The translations under genes and the position numbers were made by a program. Of a stretch of 26,479 bases of DNA, positions 8,862 through 18,280 are shown piece by piece (positions within the stretch are counted from its first letter, which is position 1; every line of letters starts with the position of its first letter). The notes under the pieces were generated by a model that worked only from the letters and a program-made list of their open reading frames with translations, searched no databases and was not told where the DNA came from. Source of the stretch: Candidatus Peribacterales bacterium (lineage in GTDB: Bacteria > Patescibacteriota > Gracilibacteria > Peribacterales > Peribacteraceae); the NCBI GenBank assembly GCA_020059985.1, contig JAGVCI010000103.1, positions 1-26,479 on the forward strand, written 5' to 3'.

Positions 8862-8931
8862 TTTCGTTCCTTTCGCGTCGTGTTGCAAGTTTTTAGATTG
8901 GCAGCCTCTGCTTTTTAGCGTGGTGACGCAT

Positions 8932-8978
8932 AAAAAGAATGCCATTCCTTCCGACTGAAGTGCTTCGGAAGGAATGGC
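8932..8978 (-). terminator. Rho-independent terminator of the 9006-9470 gene
   Basis: 14-bp perfect stem GCCATTCCTTCCGA/TCGGAAGGAATGGC with a 10-nt loop, followed by ATTCTTTTT on the minus strand. Confidence 0.75.
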
Positions 8979-9005
8979 GCTGTTCTTCTGCTTTCTGAAT
9001 ACAAA

Positions 9006-9470
9006 TTATTTGAGGATCGTCACTGCCGCATCTGCCGACAGGCTGATGCGAGACAATTCGGTGAGAGCACTGTAGCCACCTTCCTCATCGACGGTGCGGT
9101 GCGAAATGATGATGTCTCCGGTCGGGAGTCGGTTGACGATGAGATCGTCACCACCACCGATGTACCAGACGCTGGCCGAGGTGAGGGGAGTCGTCGAGAG
9201 GTCGCTCACGTTTCCAGGAACCGTGAACTCGCTGCCGGTGTAGGTACCAAGATCGATTGTTTTACTCTGAGCGCCAGAGACAACGAGCGCAGCGGAAACC
9301 TCGGGAGTGTCGGTGTCGGACGTGGCTTCTGTCGCGACGAACTGCCACTCGAGAGTGACTTCGTCCTGTGTCGTGATGTCATCGACCATGTTCGGATCGC
9401 TTGGTGTTGTGGGTGCGCACGCGGCGAGTGTGAGCAGGGAAGCAGCCACGAGAAATGCGCGATTCTTCAT
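9006..9470 (-). CDS. Hypothetical lipoprotein (154 aa)
   Basis: MKNRAFLVAASLLTLAAC lipobox at the ATG at 9470. Confidence 0.75.
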   Translation of the reverse strand: MKNRAFLVAASLLTLAACAPTTPSDPNMVDDITTQDEVTLEWQFVATEATSDTDTPEVSAALVVSGAQSKTIDLGTYTGSEFTVPGNVSDLSTTPLTSASVWYIGGGDDLIVNRLPTGDIIISHRTVDEEGGYSALTELSRISLSADAAVTILK

Positions 9471-9610
9471 GAAGAAAAATGGGAAATAAATGAAGCGGTT
9501 CAGCCTAGCACGCGTCATGAAACCAGCACAGACAAAGAGGAGATTTCTTCCAATCCTCTTATTCCTCGAGGTCATCGCCAAAAGGCTTCATTGTTCAATT
9601 ATCGTAATTA

Positions 9611-9619
9611 TGTTAAAAT
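9611..9619 (+). promoter_or_regulatory. Extended -10 (TGnTAAAAT) 7 nt upstream of ATG 9627
   Basis: TGTTAAAAT followed by ATGTTCG and then ATG. Confidence 0.6.
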
Positions 9620-9626
9620 ATGTTCG

Positions 9627-10142
9627 ATGGAAACACACCTCGCAGAAGGGCAGAGCGGCAAGGAGCGAGAGCCGGTTCGGGTCCGCTATTTTCCCGTGGA
9701 CGACCGCGCGGCGATGCGGCTAGGCGGTCAGATCAAACAGGCGGAAGCAAAGGATGAAGTGACGATGGATCCGGATGCGGTTCGTGATGCGTTTCATCAG
9801 ATTGATCCGTATGAGAGCTTGATGCGCACTCAATATTTCAGTCATGGTCCTATCACGACGTTGTACTTCTCAGACACCAATCCCAACCGCCCAGTGATCA
9901 CTGGGCCTGTGCCGGACGAAATGATGGGGAAGGAAACGATCGATTTGCGGGTGGTGACCCGTGCGGGAGTCATCGAGTTAAAAGACATTCCAATCGGCAT
10001 CGTGAAAGCTGGAGAAAAAGCGAGCACAGTCCAAGCGTTCAAGAATTGGTTTACCAGTGCGTTGGCTAAGTTTGTACCGGGAAGTCAGGCGAAGAACGAT
10101 GCGGAGATCGATCGGCTGTTCAACCCTGACCAGGAAAAATAA
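9627..10142 (+). CDS. Hypothetical protein (171 aa), no recognisable family
   Basis: 3' part of the 9099-10142 ORF; the 5' part is antisense to the lipoprotein gene. The promoter-adjacent ATG at 9627 is the likely start. Confidence 0.6.
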   Translation: METHLAEGQSGKEREPVRVRYFPVDDRAAMRLGGQIKQAEAKDEVTMDPDAVRDAFHQIDPYESLMRTQYFSHGPITTLYFSDTNPNRPVITGPVPDEMMGKETIDLRVVTRAGVIELKDIPIGIVKAGEKASTVQAFKNWFTSALAKFVPGSQAKNDAEIDRLFNPDQEK

Positions 10143-10150
10143 TTTTGAAG

Positions 10151-10226
10151 TGGTGTCACGGGCCGGGATTGAACCGGCGACCCCGGGCTTATGAGTCCCG
10201 TGCTCTACCAACTGAGCTACCGTGAC
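10151..10226 (-). tRNA. tRNA with CAT anticodon (elongator Met or Ile2), CCA encoded
   Basis: 76 nt: acceptor GTCACGG/CCGTGAC, D arm TAGCTCAGTTGGTAGAGC, loop CTCATAA, T loop TTCAATC, 3' ACCA. The G1:C72 pair argues against an initiator tRNA. Confidence 0.93.
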
Positions 10227-10337
10227 ACGCGCGCGGATTATGACGGACGATCAGGCGCTTTTGAAGCGATTCTTCTGAATATTTCCAATAGAAGATATTC
10301 GCTATCGGACATATCCAGAGTAGAATGTGTCTTCTCT

Positions 10338-10649
10338 ATGATACAAGAATATATTGATCTTCATACGGAGGCTGTCACTCGCACTGCGTTGCAGCAGTTT
10401 TCTACTGGTCAGGATGTGCATGTTGCAGAAATTATCAAAATGTTCATTCGACGATGCCCCGCTTTAGATAAGTTGGGGAGAAGGGATGCGGTGAGAGAAC
10501 GAGCTGTGCTGATTCGTCAAAAACTGAGCGCTCTCTATCTGGAATCGACAAAGAAGAGTGATCCAATCGATGAGGCGGGATATCAGAGAAGTCTCGACGA
10601 GTGCGGTCCGAATGTTCTCATTCGTAACGAAGAGCCTCGATTGGGCTGA
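10338..10649 (+). CDS. Hypothetical protein (103 aa)
   Basis: ATG 11 nt after TAGAAT (10321-10326); helical-looking sequence; 32-nt convergent overlap with the permease gene. Confidence 0.45.
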   Translation: MIQEYIDLHTEAVTRTALQQFSTGQDVHVAEIIKMFIRRCPALDKLGRRDAVRERAVLIRQKLSALYLESTKKSDPIDEAGYQRSLDECGPNVLIRNEEPRLG

Positions 10650-11835
10650 GACTTGCTGCCCTGCGCGCAGGGTAGATTCCAAACACCAATCCAATCACGA
10701 TGGCCATTCCAAGAGCAAGGAACGCAGAGAAGAAGCTTAAGTCGTAGGTGAAGCTCCCGAGGAATTGTCCTGCGACGAGCGCGAGGAAGAGCCCGAGGAG
10801 AATGCCGCCGACGAGTCCGACCACGCCTCCCCCGATGGTGAGGGTGACGGCTTCCAGGAGGAACTGGATCAAGATATCGCGGCGGCGAGCGCCGAGTGCT
10901 TTTCGTAGCCCGATCTCACGTGTGCGTTCGGTGACCGACACCAACATGATGTTCATGATGCCGACTCCGCCGACGAGGAGCGAAATACTCGCGATGAGCC
11001 CCAGGAACATGGTGATGCCGAATGCGACTGTCCCAATGATCTCCGTTGCTTGCGCGAAGGAGCGAGCGGTGAAGTCATCTTTGTCCGGGTCGTTCTCTGG
11101 GTTATCGATCGAGTGTCGTTGACGAAGGAGCGTCGTGATGTCTGCCTGCGTGAGGTCGTTATCTCCCTTGGACTGCAGCGAGATGTAATCGACGTGTGTC
11201 GTGCGTCCCATCATCGACTTGGCGATCGGGAGCGGGACGAAGATGAAGCTATCGAACTGTGCGGCGAGCGGGGAACCGAGTGCCTCGAGGACGCCGACGA
11301 CGGTGAATTTGCGCGATCCGATCGTGACGCGCTTCCCGATGGGGTTCACCTGGTCGAAGAGATCTTCGGCCGCTTGCGACCCGATAACGGCGACGCTGCG
11401 TCCGCCTTCCACGTCTGTCGTGTCGATCAACCGGCCATCCGCAATTTTGAGCGACCAGTTGGTGAAGAGTTCTGCAGTGGTGCCGAGCACAATCGGTGCG
11501 ATCTCTTTGTCGTCACTGCGGATGCGTGCGGCCACAAAGATGACAGGCGCGATGCTCTGCACCGTCGTAAGTCCGCGAATCGCTTCTACATCGCCGAAGG
11601 TAATGGTGAGTGTGCTTTTGCCGACTTGCTCCAGACCTTTCGGTTGAATCTCGAAGGTATTCGGCGAGAAGCTCTCCACTTGGCTCAAGATGAAACGTTC
11701 GAAGCTCGCACCCAGCGAGAGCATGAGCACGACGGACCCGACGCCGATGACGATACCGAGCGTGGTGAGGAGCGAGCGTAGGCGATTACGCTTCAGGCCC
11801 TCGAATGCCGCGTGAATAATGTCCGCATTTCTCAT
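10618..11835 (-). CDS. MacB/FtsX-family ABC transporter permease (copy 2)
   Basis: [44 protein letters not shown] and [20 protein letters not shown]. Confidence 0.95.
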   Translation of the reverse strand: MRNADIIHAAFEGLKRNRLRSLLTTLGIVIGVGSVVLMLSLGASFERFILSQVESFSPNTFEIQPKGLEQVGKSTLTITFGDVEAIRGLTTVQSIAPVIFVAARIRSDDKEIAPIVLGTTAELFTNWSLKIADGRLIDTTDVEGGRSVAVIGSQAAEDLFDQVNPIGKRVTIGSRKFTVVGVLEALGSPLAAQFDSFIFVPLPIAKSMMGRTTHVDYISLQSKGDNDLTQADITTLLRQRHSIDNPENDPDKDDFTARSFAQATEIIGTVAFGITMFLGLIASISLLVGGVGIMNIMLVSVTERTREIGLRKALGARRRDILIQFLLEAVTLTIGGGVVGLVGGILLGLFLALVAGQFLGSFTYDLSFFSAFLALGMAIVIGLVFGIYPARRAASLSPIEALRYE

Positions 11836-11837
11836 AC

Positions 11838-13082
11838 TTATTCGTAGCGCATGGCTTCGATAGGACTCAAATCCGCGGCCTTGCGCGCGGGGTAAATGCC
11901 AAAGAGGAGACCGGTGCCGATCGCCATGGAAACGGCGAGCACGATGGAGCTGATACTCCAGGCAAATCGGTAGTCGGCGAGGAATTCCCCCGCGACTCGC
12001 GCTACGATCACCATGAGCACCAGTCCGCTGGCAATGCCGATGAGACCGCCGGTGAAGGTGAGGAACGCGGACTCCGCCAGGAACTGCGCGAGGATATCGC
12101 GTCGACGCGCGCCGAGCGCTTTGCGGAGACCAATCTCCTGCGTTCGCTCCGTGACGGCCACGAGCATGATGTTCATGATGCCGATGCCACCGACGACGAG
12201 CGAGATACCCGCAACCGTGGTGATGAAGAGCGTGAGTCCGAGCGAAACAGCGCCGAGAGTGTCTTGCGCTTGCTGTGCCGTGCGCATGAGGAAGTCGTCG
12301 TTCTCCGTGGGGTCTCCCGTGAGCGGAGCGATGATTCCGTGACGAGCGCGGAGCAGTGACTCCACGTCTTTCTTTGCAAGATCCACGGACACATCGTCTG
12401 CGGCCTGCATGGTGACCATGTCGAGGTACGTCCGTCGTGTGACTGCTCGAGCAGTCGAATTCGGTACGATGATGCGTTCATCGACATTCTGAAAGAATTG
12501 CGTTCCGATCGGTTTGACGACTCCGATCACCGTAAATTTCTCCTCACCCAGTTGGATCCGTTCACCTACGGGGTTCGAGTTCCAGAAGAGCTCTGCCGCG
12601 ACATCCGATCCGATGACGGCGACTTTGCGCGCGGTGCGCTCGTCGGTCTCGTCATGCAGACGTCCAACATCTATTTCGATCTTCTGGTTTGAGTAGAACT
12701 CTGGTGTGGCTCCGACCGTACTTGGTTCCATCTGCTCTCTGCCGTAGATCGCTCGGCCAGTCATGAGGATCATGGGGGCGACACTCGTTACGGTGTCGAG
12801 AGAGCGGATGGCCTCGATGTCTGCGAAGGTCAATGCGTCAAAATCTGATCGTAGCGAAGCGCTTCCTCCTTCTGGCCCCTGCTTTCCCGGCCAGAGAGCT
12901 AGGGTTCGTGGACCGAGCGCGGAGATCTGTCCGAGGATGACACCCTCCATGCTCTTCCCAATTCCCGTCATAAGAACCACTGCCCCAACACCAATGATGA
13001 TGCCAAGCATGGTCAGGAGAGATCGGCTCACATTGGCCGTGAGTCCACGCGTTGCCAATGTAAGAAGATCGCGATTGCGCAT
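11838..13082 (-). CDS. MacB/FtsX-family ABC transporter permease (copy 1)
   Basis: [41 protein letters not shown] and [20 protein letters not shown]. Confidence 0.95.
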   Translation of the reverse strand: MRNRDLLTLATRGLTANVSRSLLTMLGIIIGVGAVVLMTGIGKSMEGVILGQISALGPRTLALWPGKQGPEGGSASLRSDFDALTFADIEAIRSLDTVTSVAPMILMTGRAIYGREQMEPSTVGATPEFYSNQKIEIDVGRLHDETDERTARKVAVIGSDVAAELFWNSNPVGERIQLGEEKFTVIGVVKPIGTQFFQNVDERIIVPNSTARAVTRRTYLDMVTMQAADDVSVDLAKKDVESLLRARHGIIAPLTGDPTENDDFLMRTAQQAQDTLGAVSLGLTLFITTVAGISLVVGGIGIMNIMLVAVTERTQEIGLRKALGARRRDILAQFLAESAFLTFTGGLIGIASGLVLMVIVARVAGEFLADYRFAWSISSIVLAVSMAIGTGLLFGIYPARKAADLSPIEAMRYE

Positions 13083-13085
13083 GGT

Positions 13086-13802
13086 TTACAGAGGGGGGCG
13101 TTTTACATTTGGCGTGTCGCTCTTTATCCGACCGTCGTAGATCTCGATTGTGCGTCGCGCATGGTCGGCCGTGCGTTGATCGTGCGTGACGAGGATGACG
13201 GTGTGTCCATCAGTGTGAAGTTTCTCGAGTGCTTCCATCACGTGCGCGCCAGAAACGGAGTCCAAGTTTCCTGTGGGTTCATCTGCGAAGATGACGTCAG
13301 GCTCGGTAATGAGCGCTCTTGCGATCGCCACGCGCTGCTTTTGTCCTCCGGAGAGCTGGTTGCTGAGGTTATACATGCGATCGGTGAGCCCCACGGCCGC
13401 AATCGCTTTCTCTGCTCGTTCGCGTCGCTCACTCGGGGCAATCGTCGGGTGGTAGAGAAGAGGAAGTTGCACATTCTGCAGCACCGATGTGCGTGGGAGC
13501 AGGTTGAACGCCTGGAAGACGAAACTCACACGCTGTGCGCGGATCTTTGCGAGCGAATCCTCGTCCATACGGCTGACTGGTTGCCCTTCGAAGAGGTAGC
13601 TCCCGCTCGTGTGATGATCTAAAAATCCGAGGATATGCATCAATGTCGATTTTCCAGAACCAGACGGACCGCGAATCGCGACAAACTCACCCTTCTCAAT
13701 CTTCAAATTGATATCGAAGAGCACCGGTGTCTCCAGTTCGTCATTGAAGTACGACTTATGCAGACCTTTGATCTCGATGAGGGGCGCTGTTTTTTTCTCC
13801 AT
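13086..13802 (-). CDS. ABC transporter ATP-binding protein (MacB/LolD type)
   Basis: Walker [10 protein letters not shown], signature [15 protein letters not shown], Walker B/D-loop [11 protein letters not shown] and H-loop VTHD. Confidence 0.96.
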   Translation of the reverse strand: MEKKTAPLIEIKGLHKSYFNDELETPVLFDINLKIEKGEFVAIRGPSGSGKSTLMHILGFLDHHTSGSYLFEGQPVSRMDEDSLAKIRAQRVSFVFQAFNLLPRTSVLQNVQLPLLYHPTIAPSERRERAEKAIAAVGLTDRMYNLSNQLSGGQKQRVAIARALITEPDVIFADEPTGNLDSVSGAHVMEALEKLHTDGHTVILVTHDQRTADHARRTIEIYDGRIKSDTPNVKRPPL

Positions 13803-13807
13803 GGGGA

Positions 13808-15610
13808 TTATTCGCGGATGAGGACGACGATTTGTTCGCTTCCTTCCAGTCCAGAGAGGACCTCCACTTCGCCGTCAGCACCGTCGAGGCCTGTCACCAC
13901 CTGCTTCTCTTCCAGTGTGCCATCCTCGAGGAGTACGCGGACGAATTCTCCTTCGTCGGTGCGGAAGACCGCACGACCCGGGATAATCAGCACATCCTCC
14001 CGAAGGTCCGTGTAGATCTCGGCATCACCCGACATTCCTATGCGGAGGTTCTCTGGAGGAGTGACGAAGTCGAGTTTCACGAGGTACTTGGAGACGCCGT
14101 CGACATCAGTCGCCACTGGATCAATCTCGCTCACGCGGAGAGGGAAGGAAACTCGCGGGAAAGCGTCGAGCTCCACGGATCCGGATTGTGTGAGGACGAC
14201 CTTCGGGATGTCGATCTCGGCAATGAACATCTCCACGCGGTATGGCGAGGAACCTAGCATGCTGATTGGGCGGTCGAAGCTTTCCAGATCGCCCGTGAAT
14301 TCTCCCACTTTCATGCCGACCGTCGTGATGACGCCGTCATAGGGAGCGCGGAGGATCGTATCGTCCAAATGCGCACGTGCGCGCTTCAGCTCTGCGGCAG
14401 CCTGATTCACCGCGGCCTGCGCAGCATCGATCTCGGTCTTGCGTGCGCCTGCTTTATCACGGGCAAGAGCGGCTTCCGACGTACGGACGGCAGTCTCGTA
14501 GGTCAGGATGTCACTGAGTGCGGACTCTCGGGTGTTCTCTGCGGTTGCGAGACTATCCTCCTCAGCGAGGATTTTTGTCGTGTAGGACGCGGACGCATTC
14601 TTGAGATCGGTATGAACGGTGGTGATCGCATCGAGGGCGGTCGCGGCCGTCGTAATGTGCGTGGCAATCTCTTCTTTGATCTCTTCGCGTTCCGCGGTGT
14701 CGAAGAGGTTTCCCGCGAGGGGGAGACGTGCGACCAAGTCGTATGCATCATTCAACACGTTCGAGGCTGCCAGTATCGCACCACGAATCTGGTCCATGGC
14801 GACGAGTCCTTCCTCGTAGGTATCGAAGCTCGTGATCGTGAGCGATCGACCGGCGGTCAGGGCGTCCTCGGCCGATTCCTGTTGGTTGAGAAGAACAGAC
14901 ATTGCGGACGATTCGAACTGTTCGACCACACGGCGCATGCTCTCGCGTGCGAGGAGGTCGTCAAGAGACTTGATCGCTGTGTTCGCCGCTGTGAGCTGCT
15001 TGGAGCTCGTACTCTGCGCGGTCGCGACGGTTCCCGCTAGGCTGGTGCCCGCTTCTTTCCGGAGTTGTTCGAGCTTCTTCGTCGCATTCGCCACTTTGAT
15101 CTCTGCGTTCTTCAGTGTCGTCTGTGCAGAGTCCAAAGCCGCGCGCTTATTCGCAAGTTCTGCTTCCGCAATCATGATGTCCTCTGGACGTGTGCCCTGC
15201 TTGAGTTCATTGAGTCTGGCGAGTTCCGCAGAGACGCGCGCCTGTGCGCCGTTCACATCTGCAGCGACGGCTTCATTCTTCAGTCTTGCGAGTTGCTGTC
15301 CTGCGGTGACGGTCTGTCCCTCCGTCACGAAAACTTCGGCAACAACGCCGGTCACCGGGAACTTGAGCGTGAGATCTTTTTCTGAGACGACTGTTCCCAC
15401 TGCTTCGACAGTCTGTTGAATGTCACCCGGTTCTACTTCCGCAAGGACGTACTCCGGTGCTGCGGGCGTGAAGATCCACGAGATGCCCATTCCGAGGATA
15501 AGCACTCCCAAAGCCATTATTACCGAGACAACTTTGTGAGCTTTGACGAATGCACCCGTTTTACGGACTACACCGGTGACAAGGGCGCGAAATGGGGAGA
15601 GGAGAGACAT
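13808..15610 (-). CDS. Efflux membrane-fusion (MacA/HlyD-like) adaptor with a long coiled coil
   Basis: N-terminal TM helix, G.V..V.V.EGQ.V.AGQ.LA.L lipoyl half, ~300-aa helical hairpin, LRAPYDGVIT, EIDIPKV..G, LRIGMSGDAEI and V..GL.....VEVLSGL. Confidence 0.9.
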   Translation of the reverse strand: MSLLSPFRALVTGVVRKTGAFVKAHKVVSVIMALGVLILGMGISWIFTPAAPEYVLAEVEPGDIQQTVEAVGTVVSEKDLTLKFPVTGVVAEVFVTEGQTVTAGQQLARLKNEAVAADVNGAQARVSAELARLNELKQGTRPEDIMIAEAELANKRAALDSAQTTLKNAEIKVANATKKLEQLRKEAGTSLAGTVATAQSTSSKQLTAANTAIKSLDDLLARESMRRVVEQFESSAMSVLLNQQESAEDALTAGRSLTITSFDTYEEGLVAMDQIRGAILAASNVLNDAYDLVARLPLAGNLFDTAEREEIKEEIATHITTAATALDAITTVHTDLKNASASYTTKILAEEDSLATAENTRESALSDILTYETAVRTSEAALARDKAGARKTEIDAAQAAVNQAAAELKRARAHLDDTILRAPYDGVITTVGMKVGEFTGDLESFDRPISMLGSSPYRVEMFIAEIDIPKVVLTQSGSVELDAFPRVSFPLRVSEIDPVATDVDGVSKYLVKLDFVTPPENLRIGMSGDAEIYTDLREDVLIIPGRAVFRTDEGEFVRVLLEDGTLEEKQVVTGLDGADGEVEVLSGLEGSEQIVVLIRE

Positions 15611-15625
15611 GGGGAGGAGAGCGAT

Positions 15626-15639
15626 AGTATATAATTATA
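15626..15639 (-). promoter_or_regulatory. Tandem -10-like hexamers (TATAAT, TATACT) for the exporter operon
   Basis: Minus strand reads GTATAATTATATACTATCGCTCTCCTCCCC-ATG. Confidence 0.5.
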
Positions 15640-15840
15640 CCACATTTTTTGTTTATAGGAAGCCCCAAAGGGAGCTTTTATCCTAGCAGGGAAGCCCATT
15701 TAGCACCCTCCTATTTTCACCCTTTTTGGTGGGGGAAAAGTGCACAACTCGTAGGACGATTGAGTGAGAGTAAACTGTCCATTGGTTGCTTCTCCTTTGT
15801 GGCATCTTTACGATGCCGACCTACTTCTTCCCTACTTTTT

Positions 15841-16029
15841 ATGAACAAGAAAATTTTTCTGACGCTTACAAGTCTCTCGCTTCTCGCCGCTTGTCATCCG
15901 ACGGCTCCTATCAATGACACAGTTCCGACGGAGGAGTCGCACTCTATGGATGAAGACGGTGAAAGCATGATGATGGATGGTGCAATGCACGTCGAAGGCG
16001 GCGTCGGCGGTGCTGGTTCCGCTCAGTAA
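15841..16029 (+). CDS. Small lipoprotein (62 aa) with a Met/His/acidic tail
   Basis: MNKKIFLTLTSLSLLAAC lipobox; EESHSMDEDGESMMMDGAMH; followed by a terminator. Confidence 0.7.
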   Translation: MNKKIFLTLTSLSLLAACHPTAPINDTVPTEESHSMDEDGESMMMDGAMHVEGGVGGAGSAQ

Positions 16030-16042
16030 TCGCGAGACCATT

Positions 16043-16074
16043 AAAAAAGCCGCTCCCCACCGGGGCGGCTTTTT
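16043..16074. terminator. Bidirectional Rho-independent terminator
   Basis: AAAAAAGCCGCTCCCC-AC-CGGGGCGGCTTTTT, between convergent small ORFs. Confidence 0.8.
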
Positions 16075-16087
16075 ATAGTCATTTCAT

Positions 16088-16261
16088 TTAAAAATCCTCA
16101 TCGCTCACGAGAACGGTATTGGAGATGTGCTTGTCAAAATCCAATCCAGTTTCTCTACAGAGCTCTCGCAATTGATCGATTAAACTCTTCGGTACTTCTT
16201 GCGTGGTAGTTCCTGTGACTTGTTCCACATGGACAGATGAGTTTTCAGCAGGACCGTGCAT
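16088..16261 (-). CDS. Small hypothetical protein (57 aa), below the ORF-track cut-off
   Basis: Translated by hand: MHGPAENSSVHVEQVTGTTTQEVPKSLIDQLRELCRETGLDFDKHISNTVLVSDEDF*. It ends just before the bidirectional terminator. Confidence 0.45.
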   Translation of the reverse strand: MHGPAENSSVHVEQVTGTTTQEVPKSLIDQLRELCRETGLDFDKHISNTVLVSDEDF

Positions 16262-16426
16262 AAAGAAAGAAGGAGAAAATAGCGTGCAGAACTTTGGCTG
16301 CTTCTGCGATTTTTGTCTGCCTTACAATGCTCCGAACTTTCTCGTTTATTTTTTTTCTTCTATTCGTAGCGGAAAAAATGAGGGTGAGCTTCTTGATGCT
16401 ATGACAAACATCGTTACCATGAGGAC

Positions 16427-16918
16427 GTGAATCCTCCGAAAAAGAAAAGCGATGGCGATGAGAAACTTGCTGAGGAACTCCTGAAGGCGCAGGAGGAACT
16501 TGCGAAGTTGAAAGATCTCGCGGGTCGCGCACAGGCCGATCTGCAGAATGCGAAGGATCGGTTGCAGCGGGAGGGTGCGGACATGCGTCGCTACGCACTC
16601 GAGGGTGCATTTCTCTCTCTGCTCCCGACAATCGACAATCTGCAGCGTGCGTTCAAACATCTCCCCGAGGAGATTTCCTCGCACGATTGGGTGAAGGGGA
16701 TCCAAGCGACCGAGAGTGAGCTCATTCGGCAGTTACAGGCGCTCGGGCTCAAAAAAATTGATGCCGTGGGGCAGCCTGTCGACCCGAGCAAGCATGAGAT
16801 CCTGCAAGCGGGACCGGGAGAAGAGGGAAAGGTCACCCAGGTCCTGGAAGAAGGGTATGAGCTGAATGGAAGAATCATCCGCCCAGCAAAGGTCATGGTC
16901 GGAAATGGAGAAAAATAG
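16427..16918 (+). CDS. grpE: Nucleotide exchange factor GrpE
   Basis: RAQADLQNAKDR, LLPTIDNLQRA, FDP..HE-like VDPSKHE and GYELNGRIIRPAKVMV; GTG start 6 nt after TACCAT. Confidence 0.93.
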   Translation: MNPPKKKSDGDEKLAEELLKAQEELAKLKDLAGRAQADLQNAKDRLQREGADMRRYALEGAFLSLLPTIDNLQRAFKHLPEEISSHDWVKGIQATESELIRQLQALGLKKIDAVGQPVDPSKHEILQAGPGEEGKVTQVLEEGYELNGRIIRPAKVMVGNGEK

Positions 16919-16924
16919 GAATTG

Positions 16925-16960
16925 TTTTGGTCGCGGGTAAGGAAAACCGCTTCCAAAAAA
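16925..16960. terminator. Possible imperfect bidirectional terminator between grpE and murD
   Basis: TTTTGG..GCGG-loop-CCGC..CCAAAAAA. Confidence 0.35.
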
Positions 16961-16996
16961 ACTATTTCTAAAATCAAGAACCAGGGAGCAGGTTTC

Positions 16997-18280
16997 CTAC
17001 CTGCGGACCTGGATCTGTTTTTTGAAGTCTTCTCCCTTCTCTTCGAAGTTTTTATACATGTCGTAGCTAGCTGAGGCGGGAGACAAGAGGCAACGACTGC
17101 CCGATCTTGTTACCCTCTTTGCGATTTTCACTGCTTCCTCCATCGTTACAGCATCAAAGATCTGGAGCTCTTCTTCCTTTTTCGAGCTCTCGAGCGCTTT
17201 GCGGATGATCTCTCGATTCTCTCCAAGGAGGATGACATTACGCGGATGGAGCGCGATCTCGTCGGCGAGGTTTTCAAACTTCAGCCCGCGATCTTTGCCG
17301 CCGAGGATGACGGTGTGCACTCCGTGATCAAACGATTCCAGTGCTTCGATGGTCGAGTGCGGTGTGGTCGAGATCGCATCGTCAATCCATTCGATACCAT
17401 CGTGGACTCCGAGTGATTGAAGCCGATGGGGGAGTCCTTGGAACTTTTTGATCGTGTCTGCGGCGATTGCTTCAGACACACCCAGGTACTCCGCGACTTT
17501 CCACGCACCTGCGGCATTCCGCAGATTATGCAGACCGAGGAGCGTCATCTCGTCTTCGCCGACGATGCTCTCGTCTGAATCGAAGGCAACGAGTTCTCCT
17601 TCGCTCTCTTTCGCGATCGCGTACGCACCATCCGAAACGCCGTTATAGAAGACGACATCACCATCAGACTGGAACCGTGTGATATTTTTCTTCGCTTCCA
17701 GGTACGCCTTCTCGGTGCCGTGGTAATCGAGGTGCTCGGGAAAAAAGCTCGTGATGAGGGCGATCTGTGGACTCGTTGTCGTGTGCATCAGCTGGTAGCT
17801 GCTCATTTCCATCACGAAGAAGGAATCCTTCGTGGCCTGGTCCAAATGGGCGATTGAGGGATCGCCAATATTTCCGACAAGGTACGATTTTTTCCCTGCA
17901 GCGACGAGGATCGCATGGATCAAGCTGGCGGTTGTGCTCTTGCCCTTCGTTCCCGTCACTCCGATGAGTGTCGCCCCTGCGGCTTTTGCGGTATCGAGAA
18001 AAATCTGCGACGAGTTGGTGATCTTCTTCTCTACTGCTTTAAATTCTTTCTGCGGCGGAATGCCGGGAGAAATGATGATGACATCAAAACGATTGAGATT
18101 CTCTAAATATTTTCCCCCGGTTTGCATCTTGTATCTTGTCTCTTGCAGTTTTTCGTTTCGATCCGCAATCGTGACATCAGCACTCGGTGCATATTTCTGT
18201 ATAGCTCCCAGCATTGCTCGCCCCTCTTGGCCGAAGCCGAGGATACAGACGGCCTTTCCTTTGAGTTCCTGAATAATCAT
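16997..18280 (-). CDS. murD: UDP-MurNAc-L-Ala:glutamate ligase, MurD2-type (probably L-Glu-adding)
   Basis: ILGFGQEG, ISPGIP, GVTGTKGKSTT, EMSSYQL, GLPHRL, ILGGKDRG and LLSPASASYDMYKNFEEKG. DDAISTTP replaces the canonical NDSKATN; 4-nt overlap with murL. Confidence 0.88.
   Translation of the reverse strand: MIIQELKGKAVCILGFGQEGRAMLGAIQKYAPSADVTIADRNEKLQETRYKMQTGGKYLENLNRFDVIIISPGIPPQKEFKAVEKKITNSSQIFLDTAKAAGATLIGVTGTKGKSTTASLIHAILVAAGKKSYLVGNIGDPSIAHLDQATKDSFFVMEMSSYQLMHTTTSPQIALITSFFPEHLDYHGTEKAYLEAKKNITRFQSDGDVVFYNGVSDGAYAIAKESEGELVAFDSDESIVGEDEMTLLGLHNLRNAAGAWKVAEYLGVSEAIAADTIKKFQGLPHRLQSLGVHDGIEWIDDAISTTPHSTIEALESFDHGVHTVILGGKDRGLKFENLADEIALHPRNVILLGENREIIRKALESSKKEEELQIFDAVTMEEAVKIAKRVTRSGSRCLLSPASASYDMYKNFEEKGEDFKKQIQVRR
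18122..18149 (+). repeat. Four degenerate heptamers (TTGCATC TTGTATC TTGTCTC TTGCAGT) inside murD
   Basis: 7-nt period read directly from the sequence; encodes LQETRYKMQ. Confidence 0.65.

Noticed and set aside
9099-9626. N-terminal half of the 347-aa ORF
   Set aside because: It overlaps the lipoprotein gene in antisense; the promoter points to the start at 9627.
15649-15780. Riboswitch upstream of the exporter or lipoprotein
   Set aside because: No recognisable aptamer consensus, and the -10 boxes leave no leader long enough on the minus strand.
16427-16918. grpE isolated from dnaK/dnaJ/hrcA as a novelty
   Set aside because: Dispersal of chaperone genes is common, and no CIRCE inverted repeat was seen.
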